DNA of 63,819 bases, counting the filler, from Pelomyxa schiedti (Eukaryota; Protista; Evosea), in the NCBI GenBank assembly GCA_020536535.1. It is 9 parts of 9 records of this genome, joined end to end, with 100 filler letters (N's around TTAATTAATTAA, not from the genome) between each part and the next. Parts side by side here need not be neighbours in the genome. Positions count along the whole stretch, not along the records: positions 21,626 to 47,946 come from JAHLWZ010000119.1; positions 48,047 to 55,651 come from JAHLWZ010001350.1; positions 55,752 to 57,253 come from JAHLWZ010000363.1; positions 57,354 to 59,915 come from JAHLWZ010001958.1; 5 more parts are not named here. The stretch is one strand, 5' to 3'. Of the stretch, positions 45,643 through 57,609 are shown in pieces. A program made the translations under genes and the position numbers. The notes beneath the pieces are model-generated. The model was not told the origin of the DNA. It made no database searches and saw only the letters and a program-made list of their open reading frames with translations. Numbering within the stretch: the first letter of the stretch is position 1; the number at the start of each line of letters is the position of its first letter.

Positions 45643-46347
45643 TGTGGTTGTACTAATCAAAGTAAGAAACACTAAACTCTTGTGTTGTATTCAGGCTTCT
45701 TACTCCTTACTAACAACAACTATCAACACCTCACAGTGGTGGTCACTATCCAAACCCAATCTACCTCCACACAACCTGAGGCAATACTTTCTGGGGGTCT
45801 CTGCAGAAATTAGAACAGGCACTCGTACCACAACAACTACAAGGACAGGAGCATGAGCAGCAGCGCAGCAGGCACTGACAGTGATCAAATTGATACCAAC
45901 ACTGTCCTCCTTGGGGCTCTATTGGAAGTTATCATCAAACAAGGGAATCTACTCGAATTGCTTCTGTTGTGATTAGATCAGACATCTGAGAATGAGCCGA
46001 GACCCAGCCCTGTGGTGATACCAGCAATCATGCCAGGTGCTAGCGTTCCTCCAGCGACGTATCTGATGCTACCACAGACCATTGGGAAGCTCTCCAAGTT
46101 CTCAGGAGCTGGAGCAGAAGACGCCAGGATGTGGTGGCAAGAACTGCTGGCACATAAGGAAATCAATGGCTGGGATGAAGCACTTACCATCAAGCACGCC
46201 ATTGCAAGTATCTCAGGCACAGCCAGGGTTTGGCTCACAGTGGATGTACTCTCTATTACAGAATTGGCAGCATTCAAGAAGGCTTTTTGGGAATACTTTG
46301 TTGGAGAGAACCCCATGCTGGACATTATCAGGACCATGGACTTGTAA
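45643..46347 (+). mobile_element. gag: Ty3/gypsy-like LTR retrotransposon remnant: putative LTR end, PBS and truncated gag
   Basis: ..TCACA-G-TGGTGGTCACTATCC (PBS-like, 45737-45751); gag-like reading from ATG 45853 with an internal TGA, then KFSGAGAEDARMWW..WDEALTIKHAIASISGTARVWL..FKKAFWEYF; no pol seen. Left boundary uncertain. Confidence 0.7.
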
Positions 46348-46569
46348 TAACAACTTATATAAAATCTTCCTCAGCCCACTTCTCACACTCCACCTTGAAA
46401 ATGTTGTGGATTTTTGTATTTTCATTGATGAAAATAAGAAAAGAACTTTAGAGGATCAGCATACAGAATCCATGAAAAATTCCATTGATGAAGAACCACC
46501 CCAGCAATGGCTTTGTTCTGAGCCCCCAAGTTCCATGCCAATAATCCGTATTATTTAACAGCAGCAGAG

Positions 46570-46791
46570 AAACGGCGGATCGTGGGGCTGTCCCGGATCG
46601 TGTGGGAGCGCGTTGTGGTGGTGCCCTGGGTGCTGCCCCCAGTCGCGGTCAACGACTGCTACGGCCCCTCTGCGGTCTCGTGCGTGCTCGCCACGGCGGA
46701 GGCCATGTTCCCCCTCGTGGCGCCGGCATCCTGCCACAAGTCAATTTGGGATTGTTCTCTCAGTGTGGCGTTGGTAGAATCGTTCAACTGA
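46570..46791 (+). pseudogene. Isolated 5' fragment of expanded family 2
   Basis: GLSRIVWERVVVVPWVL..LATAEAMFPLVAPASC, then unrelated sequence and a stop. Confidence 0.65.
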
Positions 46792-47175
46792 ATCGCCTGG
46801 GCCATTTGGCTGAAAGGCTGAGCCCGAATCCACATCGGAAAATAAGCCACGACCCCTGAACAAAAACCACCGAGACCGTTTTTTTGTTGGAACCAATTTT
46901 CGAGGTGATGACGAGTGGCCGCTTGTGGGTGGTGGAGGTGTCGCGAGTTGTGTGGTGTGTGATTCTGTAGAATACACAAGCAAACTCTCTGCGAGCACGA
47001 GCACGAACACCGAGACTGAGAGACTGACCTGCTGAGTCAGCACTCGGACCTGACATCTTAGGAAATCAAGTTCGCNNNNNNNNNNNNNNNNNNNNNNNNN
47101 NNNNNNNNNNNNNNNNNNNNNNNNNNNNNNNNNNNNNNNNNNNNNNNNNNNNNNNNNNNNNNNNNNNNNNNNNNN

Positions 47176-47946
47176 TAAGTATATGGAGTTTTCTTTTTGC
47201 TATTTTTCCTTCTAGATCCTCAAAAAAAGTATTTATGCTTTTGGTGCATATTGTCACCTCCGCTTCCAATAAATTTTCTGTTGCACGAAAATTTTCCAGG
47301 GGGTTATCCAGTCCGGCAATGCCTACGTGGACATTAGTGTTGCACAGGACTTTTTATTTGAATTACGTTGAGTCAAAACTGACTGGAGGGAGTTGAGTTC
47401 GTCCTAGCAGTATGAAGATAAGTAAACTGGATTCTATTACCAAGACTAACTTTAGTTTTTTCTGCTGCCTTTTCTATTCCCCAAACTTTGTGACGTTCAT
47501 GATTTTCAGACTATTTTATGGAAATTGAGTGGTGGGAATGTAGCTAGTGATGAAAACCTTACACACTGAACATATAACAACTTCACAGAACATGCAAAAG
47601 AGGTTTGCTTTCTCTGAGTGTAAATCGCACTGTGGCACAAAAGATGAAGCTGTCACTGCGCGCACAGCAGCCACAAGTGTACTGTTGCACAGCACATCGC
47701 GAGGAACGAAGATTGTTACACAAGTAGGGCACCAGATGCAGTTCCCTGCATGATCTTTGGTGGGCGAGGAATCCTCAAGCCGCGGAGTACACACTTCTGT
47801 TGTTGCATTGGTGGAGGAACTGGGGGGGGACTGGAGGCAACAAGCTCTGCATGCTGAATGACCGCAAGAGAAAGTAACAGGATCATCAAGCAGACGCTGG
47901 CACACTGGACACGACAGGGCGCGGGAAATGTCACTGTCACCCATAC
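47176..47946 (-). repeat. Near-identical second copy of 29077-29844 (5' end of TRIM-like gene); probable alternate haplotype
   Basis: Colinear with SNPs and one 3-nt indel; after a 100-N gap at the scaffold end. Confidence 0.9.
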
Positions 47947-48046
47947 NNNNNNNNNNNNNNNNNNNNNNNNNNNNNNNNNNNNNNNNNNNNTTAATTAATT
48001 AANNNNNNNNNNNNNNNNNNNNNNNNNNNNNNNNNNNNNNNNNNNN

Positions 48047-48146
<100 letters not shown>

Positions 48147-48385
48147 ATACTTACAATACACACATGCACTCTTGCCCTCCTCCTCTTCCTCTTCCTCCTC
48201 CATGTCTTCTTCTTCTTCCCCACACAAAAGTGGTGCACTTCGTTTGCACACTTTTGTGTGGTTTCCTCTTTTCCCTTACTTTTCCTTGTGGACTCGTGTT
48301 TATATGTAAATACAGTACCCCAATCATTTCCGAGATAAACTTCGTGGAACTAACAAGTTTTTTTTCTAGTAGTGTTGGGGCTGAA

Positions 48386-51300
48386 TCAGAGGCGGTCCGG
48401 CAGCAGTGCGGCTTTGAACTCTTCAAGGGAAACCAGCCCGTCGTGGTTTGTGTCCATGGATTCATGAAGCTTTTGGTTTAGTGAGTGCGGAATCAGTGTT
48501 GCCGGTACATAACATACCCGTTTTATCTGATCATCACTCAGGGGTATATCCAGCAGAATGGATAGTGCCTTAAGGCCGGCCTTCAGTTCATCAGCGGTGA
48601 TGGTTCCGGAACAATCCACATCCATTTGCCGGAACAGCCGGTTCACCTGAGAAACAAAGGTATGATTAAGTTTAGGAAGAAAAGTGGTGGAATCTACATA
48701 GACTTTCTTTTTGCACATCTCCCTTGCTATGCTTCCTCTGATTTGACGATAAAACGCCCTCTCGTTCTCTTTCTCGTAACAGGCAAGCTGCAACTGCCTC
48801 AACGCGTGCTCAAAGTCATCAAAAGATATTGTTGGTGATGCCGCGGAAGAATTTTTGGTCATCATAGACTTGAGCAGAACCGCGGCGTCAGATTCTGTGT
48901 GCTGAGCCCATTTTGTGGGTGCGTGGGACTTGAGGAACTGGAAGAATTCTGGTGGCGAAATAAGGCCATCAGAGTCCGAGTCGATAGAACTGAACACCAA
49001 GTGCAGCTTTGCAAGGTGGGAACTGCAGCCAGTTCCCGGTGATGCCAGGCTTGATGACGGATCAGCCGGGATGGAAGTGGATTCCACAATAGAAAATAAA
49101 AGCAGTTTCTGCTCATTGCTCCATTTTGCCTTTTGGGGGAGGTTAATTTCGTTCAATCATTGTTTGTTGGGTACCTTTTTAACTGCTTCAAAGTTTTTAT
49201 GCAACCAGTCGTTGAACTCGTTGTAGTCTACGCAAAGACAGTGTAAGGATAACAACACGTGACTCTTTCAATGGCTTTTAACGGCATCATACCAAGTTTT
49301 CCATCTTTATTTTTATCAACAACCAAGAACAGATCACATATCTTCATTTTTTTTGCGTTAGTCTGCCATGTAAATATTGTAAAACTACAACCTGCTCGTT
49401 GCTCAACTTGAGATCAAATGAACTGAGGGTTTGTAGAAATTCAGCATATGATATTTGCCTATTTCCATCAGTGTCAAAGAACGCGAATGCTTGTAGGATG
49501 TAAGTAGTAAGTCCGGTTTTTATCTGACTGCTATTACCTTCTTCGATGCTTCCGATATTTTCCAGCAGGAACTGATTTATTCTTTCTTCAACAAGATCGG
49601 CCCATGTGTCCCATAAAATGCTGTGTAATAATATAAATGTATTTTAAAAAAAAAGGTTGGTTGGTGTGTATAAATAAGAAGAACGAATTTCATGATATCA
49701 TGTGGCTATTCTTTTGGGAGAAGGGAACTTACTCTTGTGGAATAATGTTGTGCTGGTCAAGGAATTCCATGTAGGCAATCTTCTCATCGGAGTTTGGCAC
49801 AGCAAAATACTTCCAAAGGTGTTCCCATTGAAGATGATCACTTATTACCTTTTTCATTACTAAGAAGAAGAAGGAGACTCAGAAAAAGAAAAAGAAAAAA
49901 AATTGGAGAATAAATAATACCTTCTATAAACTCGGGAATGGAAATTTGCCCCTTTTGGGACCAATCAATACTTGCAAATTCCATGGCGAGCACATTTCTG
50001 TTGATAAAGATCCTCTGTGCACTTTGCGCTTAGGTTCGCGTTCGCAAAAAAAAAACGGTCTGTGGGTACCTTTCTTAACTTCTCTATGGTGATCTGTTGG
50101 CAGTTCACTGCTGTGGACTGGAAAACCATGGCATAAAACTTGGGAAAGTGAACTGGCGGGAAAGAATTGGAAAACAAGCTATGAAGATACCGGATGTATT
50201 GTAGGGATAGGGGGTTTCCCTGAGTTGATCGCTTCACTGAACTCATCATCAGAAAATATGCCAACAGCACCTTTGTTATCAGAACACCCGTTGTAGTTCG
50301 ATGCAGAAAAGAGCGTGAGAACTTGGCCTTGGTGGTGCCACTGAAATCCTTCATCTGGCTATTGTGACACAGTAAGAAACCAAGCACAAAAGAGAAATAT
50401 ACTTCACTGGTTCGTGTGACCGAATGATCAATGACAGGTTGTTTGTTCTGAGGAATGTTTCTGTTACATCTGGTCCCCACTACCATCCCCAATGTGATGA
50501 ACATGAAGAAAGATTATTATTTCAATGAGATAGATGATGAAGAGTGAAGGTCTACTTACAAGCACAGCAACTTGCCGGGGGCTTGGTTGAGTTCCAATAA
50601 CTTGTGGAAATTAGTTTTACACATGAAGAAGAGGAAAAAAACTGTCATCTGCTGGGTCACTCCAGAGAGCACACTCGATGAGATGCAATTCACGTGCCAG
50701 TTGGGGATTCGTTTTGGAAAAAGGTCTCAATTGTACAGGTTCAACGTTGTGAGGAAGTAAACTAAGTTCGTGAAGGGTAACTTCAGCAAAGTTACTCAAC
50801 CCTGGTGATCGTTAGCCTCGAGCTCAATTTGAGTTCACTGGCATACCGCCATGCAACACAAGCACTTTGTCATTGATCACGGTGAAGAGTGGGAGAGACT
50901 TGAAAGACTCAGAGATGACATCGAATATTTCCGGAGAGTATTTCTTGGTTACTTCTTTCCCAAAAGAATACGATTCGCAAATATAACGCTGTTATTTAGA
51001 GTTAAAAGGAACCAAAGGGCTATGTGGGTAGTCGTCACTTGTTCATGATTTCCTCTGTTGAGAAATGTGGCACTTGGATTGCACATAACCAAAGCATACA
51101 AAATGAGTAACACCTCCACCCCTTGAGGTCCTCGATCAATGAAGTCACCATTGAACAAGTAAATATTGTTGGTGGATGGTAAACCTTCTGACGTGAAAAA
51201 CCCACCAGTTATGGGGGACTTGAATACCAAAAGCTTGGAAGATTGTTACAAGGTCAGTGAGTTGTCCATGTATATCCCCCACAACCACCAACTTCCCGCC

Positions 51301-52153
51301 CTGTCATAGTTGAGTGCCAAGGAGGAAAAAGGTGTCAGAAGACTTTAGGAATGGTGATGTTCATAAGTGATGTCCAGTTCGTTGTTGCATGTTGCATGAA
51401 GGAAGCCAATAACCTCTCCACATAAGCCATGTGTAACAACACATTTGACTGGAAGGAAGAAATAAGAGACATCACAGATTTCACTGTAGACAGTGAAAAA
51501 AAAAAGTACAGGTGGGAGTTGCACACTATTGATTTTTTGTGGCAGGTGAGGTCCTTTATAGGATGCATCTGTAACGAGAATATCAGCTTTTCCTGAGAAT
51601 CCATCAGCGTGTAAACAGACAAATTTAAGAAGAAACCTAAAACAAAGGACTTTTTCATGAGTGCATCCAAGTGATTCGCACAGGAGGTCCTGTGTCTCAT
51701 CTCCAGACTGGAAAGAGCTCCAGGCCCAGTAACATCTGGGGACACACTTTCAACTGAAGAAGCACTGGAACTTGAACTTGTAAAAGAACTAGAAGGCGTG
51801 GAAGAAGACGACGACGTTGAAGAAGTCGAAGAGGCCAAGCTTCCAGACAAAACGAAGCTCGACTTGGAAGAATCGAGGGTTCCCCCTTTGAGTGAGAGAG
51901 GGTGAACACCCCCACTTACCGCTGACGAAACCAATTCATTATACAGCTGTTCTTCCCTCACAAGGTCCTGGTCTTGTTAATTTTCATGTCAGATACTAAG
52001 AAATATACATCCAAAAAAAAAAAAACCAGGTGGATCAAGAACCTTCAAGTAGTTCCAAAACACTGAAAGCCTCCTTGAAAAACCTTGAATCGCCACCACT
52101 TTCGAATGAATTGCCTTCGTTTCCTTTTGGTTTTTTTTGGCAAAAAGACACAT
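48386..52153 (-). CDS. PPEF: PPP-family Ser/Thr phosphatase with IQ-like N-terminus and multiple C-terminal EF-hands (PPEF/RdgC-like), many introns
   Basis: VAIQGFSRR (IQ-like); VVGDIHGQ, NGDFIDRG, RGNHE, LWSDP, SPRQVAVL|WGPDVT..IIRSHE; EF-hands DSDSDGLISPPEF, DVDCSGTITADEL, DTNHDGLVSLEEF. Confidence 0.85.
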
Positions 52154-52307
52154 GTCTATGCACATAGAGACACCGACGAAACAACACCAAAGTTAACATA
52201 GATTGTTTTTTTTCCTTTACCCGCAGTTACGGCGTTGCAAGCAGGAAAGGTCGTCATCAAAATTTTTTTGTTTTTTTCGTGTGTGAAAATTTCGCGAAGA
52301 CGATAAA

Positions 52308-54843
52308 TCAAGGAAGTCTCATCCAGGAGAGGCCCAATCGGTCCAGCTTTTGTGGGGTTGGGAGGCCTGAGGTCAAGTCCCAGCCCATTGCCTCGAAGTG
52401 TGAGTCCAGTGCCTGCTTCAGATTCACAACTTGTCCAATTCCTATTGGTGCTGTATTCAGGATGTGTTGAGGGAATTGCTATATGAACAACCTTTGCCGT
52501 CAATAGCGGGCTGAGAAAGGAACCTGGATGGAAGCGTGTCATCCTTCCTGTCAAATCCAAACCGGGCCATCAGCATCCGTTCCATATCTAGTATGTGAGA
52601 ATCAGCGGAATTATTCCAAGGGAATAGAATGTGTTGGACAAACTTATAACGCGTTCGGCTGCAAGCAATAGGTCATCCTTGGATACTGTCACACCGGTTG
52701 CTGCAGATAGGCATTTGGCCCAAGTGCTGGCACTGACGGCGAGAGTGATCGATGCAAATAGGCAGACTCCAAGCAAATTTGTGGCCATGGAGAGTTCTTG
52801 AAGAGGTTTAATCCAACCTTTGTTTCCGTCCTCCAATGGGTCAACATTCCCGGTTATGTTGAGCTCTGCCGAGCGGTAACCGTAACTGTGTAGTTGTTAT
52901 TCCATTAGTACAAGCCGATTTACATACGCATCAATTGTCGAAGCATAAGGACGAAGGTGATCAGCTCCCCTCGAGGATGTGGCGTGAGCAACGGCTTCAG
53001 CTTTGCTTGCCACAACTCCGCATGATGCCATCTCAAGCCCCTTTACATGCATTGCGGCATCAGCTGCAGTAGAACCTTGTATTCAAATGAGGGATATAAA
53101 CCTGAGAGTTGAACTTACCAAGCCTTGCAGCCGCAGCGGCAACGCCGAGGCCAAGTAACTTGCCCAATTCAGTCTGTTGTGCTCCAATTTCGTTAACCAG
53201 CTCAATGGCCATTTCTCCATCACCCCATCTGAGTTCTCTCCCACATATTTCTCTGGTGAGGATACCCGATTCGTACCACTCGATAGCGGTAGCAATGCAC
53301 TGACCACATGAGATGGTATCCAGGCCGAGTTCATTGCATCTATTTGATAGTGCTTTTAACAAAGGCGTTGATTCAGGAGTAGAAACCTATAACTTGCTTT
53401 GGCGATGGCGTTGAGATCCGTAATTCCGCATTTACTGCCAAATGCTCCGAGTGTTTCATACTCAGGACCGCCTCCCGAGGAACCTGCACCACCGGTGAGA
53501 AAGTTGAGTCACTATGAAAGGAAGAACCTGCCCAGGTCCCATTTTTAATTGTTGTGTGGCGGCCACATGCAATTGGACAACCCATGCATGGCGCTGGTCT
53601 CACTTCAAGGTCTCTGTGATAAGGGTCCTCCATTTTGAGTTAATTTAATTTGTTGTAAAACAAATAGTACAAAACCTGGAAAAGGGTTGCAGAACTCTCT
53701 GGAAAAGTTGTGTTTTGCCAATTCTTCGTTGGGAGCAACCCAAGTGCGCAAATACCATCATAAAATCCGGGAGTTCCATGAGGTTTCTGCAAAGAATTTT
53801 TCTTAGTATTTCAGCAACTCTAGGACACACACCAGAACATCTCTCACAAATCCTTCATTGAACAATTCTTTTCTTGCCTCTTCTGCTGCCTGAAACATAT
53901 AAGTGTGTAAAGGGTATTTTGTGACACATACTACTGCCATTGCCGAAGGGTCGGCAACTGTAATTTGACTGGTTCCAATCACTGCGACGGCCTTGAGGTT
54001 TTTTCCTCCCATCAAAGCGCCAGCACCTCCTCTCCCAGCAGCCCTTTCCGCGTCGACTGTGATGGATGCATACGCCACCATTTTTTCGCCGGCTGGTCCG
54101 CATGAGGCAATGGACATTCGGCCGTGCCTTCCCTTGATAATGGCCTCAGCAGCGGGAACTTCTTTTCCCCCTGTTTGAAAAATTATTATAAACGCAGTAC
54201 AGGGAAGAGTGAACCCACATAGGTCTGATGCATCTTCAATTGTGCATGTATCATTGTTTATAACCACGTAGACAGGCGACTCAGCCCTACCAGTGAATGC
54301 AACCATATCCCATCCAGCTCGTTTGAGTTGCCACGCAAAAGAACCCCCAACATTGGATGCACCAAGTGTGTGGGTTGTGGGCGACCTGAATATCACAACA
54401 AGCCTTCCACTTGTGGGAGTTGAAGTGCCTATATATGATGAATATTTCTATAAGGAATAATACAGTCAGGTATCAGGTTAAATATACCAACCTGTAAGAG
54501 GTCCCGTAACAAACAACAAGGGCTGCCGCGGATCATGAGGGGCCCAAGTTGGATCGAGGTTTGCACCCTCACACAGCCACCTGACACCAAGTCCCTCCCC
54601 ACCAATGAAGTCTCTGCTCCATTCCACTGGTAACACCTGTTAATACTATTAAACCAAAAGTTTGGTCACTTTTGTACATTTAATTAAAAACAAAAAAAAC
54701 GGAGCCTCACTCACATGAACCGACACGACTCTCGTAGTCAGATCAATCAAAAGAAGTCGATTCCCATGTCCACCAGTGGTACTAGTTGTCGGTGTTACAG
54801 TAGAACTTGTGGGAGACGGCGCCGACGTGTCGGTTTGCGACAT
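52308..54843 (-). CDS. aor: Aldehyde:ferredoxin oxidoreductase family protein (AOR, W/Mo-bis-pterin + 4Fe-4S) with about 10 spliceosomal introns
   Basis: GGHGNRLLLIDLT..|..FIGGEGLG..GPLTG..SGR..SPTT..SNVGG..LKRAGWD..CGPAGE..AAGRGGAGALMGGKNLKAV..CMGCPIAC..GPEYETLGAFG..NELGLDTIS..HVKGLE..RGADH..LGVCLF..DDTLPSRF; first intron 54637-54714 (GTGAGT..AACAG). Confidence 0.93.
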
Positions 54844-55149
54844 TCACACAATCCAAAAAAAAGATTCAACTCCCTTCTTTGTCTTCTCAAGACACAAAGC
54901 CATCACTCACCGTACTAATCTGAGGGTGTGGTTCCCTCTCCTGCACACCCTGAGAAAGGTAGAGTAAAGGTTCTCATGTGGTTCCGTGGTTTGTTTGTGT
55001 AATTTACTGGTCAATTTTGCTGCTACACACCTTTCACCTGCAACCGCTTGTGAGAATCATCTCAGATTCAATAATCATATCAATATGATAATCATATTAT
55101 TCCGGTATTATTATGATTATTATATATCAATAATCATAATAATACCGGA

Positions 55150-55651
55150 ATGATGGACGCAACGGCGAGCGACGGGAGGATACCAGAGGGCTCATCGTGC
55201 ACATCTCTCAGGGTCCAGGATCAATTCGCGGCCATTTTGATGTGCGCACATCCCCGCTGCTGCGGCATGCACCGCGCACAAGACCTGTCGTCGGATCCGT
55301 GGGAAGAAGCGATCCGTAGGCCGCCACCAGAGGTGCCACAATGTGATTCATTGGGTGCCATCAGGGTGCTGTGGGACTGGCTCTCCCACGCCCCGACGAG
55401 GTGGTTCTTCCTCATGTCTTCTGCATACAGCCGTGGCATTGGAATTGCGTTTGGAGTGTCACCACTCATGGGCGCCGTCACGAGCGACGTGCGTTTCTTG
55501 CAGCCGCCCCCCAAAGTAAGCTTCGTTTGCGCCAACCCGTTCTGTGTGTTGTCGAAGGAAATTGTCGAGGATGATGGCTACTTTTTTGACAAGTTCAGCG
55601 TCACCAGCGTCGCGACTTCGGAGGTTCTGACATCTCTCAAGGTATACACTG
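55150..55651 (+). CDS. Expanded family 1 member, 5' part (cut by contig end)
   Basis: VQDQFAAILMCAHPRCCG..VLWDWL..IAFGVSPLMGAV. Confidence 0.75.
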
Positions 55652-55751
55652 NNNNNNNNNNNNNNNNNNNNNNNNNNNNNNNNNNNNNNNNNNNNTTAAT
55701 TAATTAANNNNNNNNNNNNNNNNNNNNNNNNNNNNNNNNNNNNNNNNNNNN

Positions 55752-57253
55752 ATGCAGTGGCAGAGGCTGTTGTGGTGGTTTGTGCGGGTGTAATGGCCGC
55801 GAGTGCTCGTTTAGCCTTTACGGCGGGCCACATACTTGCAAGTGTCTGCATGACCTCCTTTTGTGTAACTTTACGGCCGGTTTTGGCTTCTAGCTGTGCT
55901 CGAACTGATGGCGTTTGCTCACGGGCAAAGTATAGGAAGCTTGATGGATCATTAGCCAAGGTTGTGCCTCTTGATGCGGCGGCGGCGGTAGTTTTGCTTC
56001 GAAGATCAACAAGCTCAAGGGTACCTCCACAAACACCACATATCTCCTTGCTGGTGTTTATCGACTTGGAGTGTCTTCCAATTCTGAACACAGATTAATC
56101 TAAAAATTGATTGCAATGTGCACATACTCATTTGAACATTTTGTGCACTTGAACATGTATTTGAAGTTGAGAGAGTACCGGTGCGTAGTAGTGATTTTGA
56201 CACCACCACCATAGGCTTGTTCCACTCTTCTCCCCCTGTGCATGTTTTAGAAGTGAGTTGCTCGGCCTTGATACCATTGTTTGAACTCTTTTCCATGCGG
56301 CTTGGCATGTAAGTTGTTGTCAATATCACTAACTGCTGCATGGCACATCTCATGAAGAAGAGTATCCCGTAGTTTCTCTATTTTTTTAATAAGAAAAACC
56401 GGAAATTAGGCGGAAGNNNNNNNNNNNNNNNNNNNNNNNNNNNNNNNNNNNNNNNNNNNNNNNNNNNNNNNNNNNNNNNNNNNNNNNNNNNNNNNNNNNN
56501 NNNNNNNNNNNNNNNNTGCGGCTTGGCATGTAAGTTGTTGTCAATATCACTAACTGCTGCATGGCACATCTCATGAAGAAGAGTATCCCGTAGTTTCTCT
56601 ATTTTTTTAATAAGAAAAACCGGAAATTAGGCGGAAGGAGGTACCGTATGTTGTAAGAATTTTTGGTGACAGTTTGATAAAAGTTTTCTTGGTTTTACTG
56701 TGGCAGCAATAGCCCGCTGCTCTTACGAGTTTTGGTGACCTATTTTGAAAGTAAATTAACAAAATGGAACAAGTCCTTACCAAATAATTGCCATATCTCC
56801 AGCAAGTTTGTTCCCAAAAACGAGGTGGTTGGCTTTTTTGAATATCTCTCTGGAAAGAGCTATTCTTTCTCGCATAAACTTGGACCTTTTCTTCCTTTCA
56901 AGTTCCTCTGGAGTGTGCTTTTCCCGTCTCTCTCGTCTTGTTTTGGTTGTCTCAAGTGAACTTTTTTCTTTCATCCTATCATGCGAATCTTCTTCAGACT
57001 CCTTGTCACTTTCAGTACAATCTTCCTCTGAATCACTTCCTGAGTTGACGTGGTCCTCATAGTCACTCCGAGAGTCAACATCATCTTGGTCACTGCACGA
57101 CTCAGATTCATCACCGTTGCTATCGCTAGTATTCTCTTGTGATTCCTCTGAGGCCCTGTCGTCACTGTCAGAGGAACTTTGGTCGCCACAACTGCTTGAT
57201 TCGTTGCGATCATCATCAGGCACAACAAAGCTATCACTTTCCCCACCACTACT
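55752..57253 (-). CDS. GCNA: GCNA/ACRC-like SprT metalloprotease (acidic IDR, SprT, Zn ribbon, HMG-like); partial, spans N gap
   Basis: D/E/S-rich stretch, RERIALSREIFKKANHLVFGNKL..IIW, EKLRDTLLHEMCHAAV..KPHGKEFK, KCTKC..IGRHSKS..CGVCGGTL, FLYFAREQTPSVR..QKEVMQTLASMW. Confidence 0.8.
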
Positions 57254-57609
57254 NNNNNNNNNNNNNNNNNNNNNNNNNNNNNNNNNNNNNNNNNNNNTTA
57301 ATTAATTAANNNNNNNNNNNNNNNNNNNNNNNNNNNNNNNNNNNNNNNNNNNNTCAGGCAACCACCTTGTACTGATACCCCCTTGCATTTCGTCTTCAAA
57401 CCGTTTGGGTTTGATCACTGGTTCCGTGAACTACAACTGACACGCCGAAAACAACACCAGGGACCGACGACGATGTGTTCTCTGACCTAATGTCGCGTGG
57501 TGGCGTCCAACACGCTGCAACATCAATGGTTACATTGGATAAAGAGAGGTTTGCTTAAAAAAACCTGTATCTCGGTGGTGTTCTTGGTCTCCATTTTAGA
57601 ATCAAAAAG

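Noticed and set aside
50440-50500. Apparent in-frame TAG in the phosphatase (GW*WGPDV), suggesting stop-codon reassignment
   Set aside because: The TAG is the 3' splice acceptor; splicing gives SPRQVAVL|WGPDVTE. The standard code fits all genes examined.
52308-54843. Possibility that AOR comes from a prokaryotic endosymbiont contig
   Set aside because: Multiple GT-AG introns restore conserved motifs, and the contig also carries an intron-rich PPEF-like gene and a family-1 gene.
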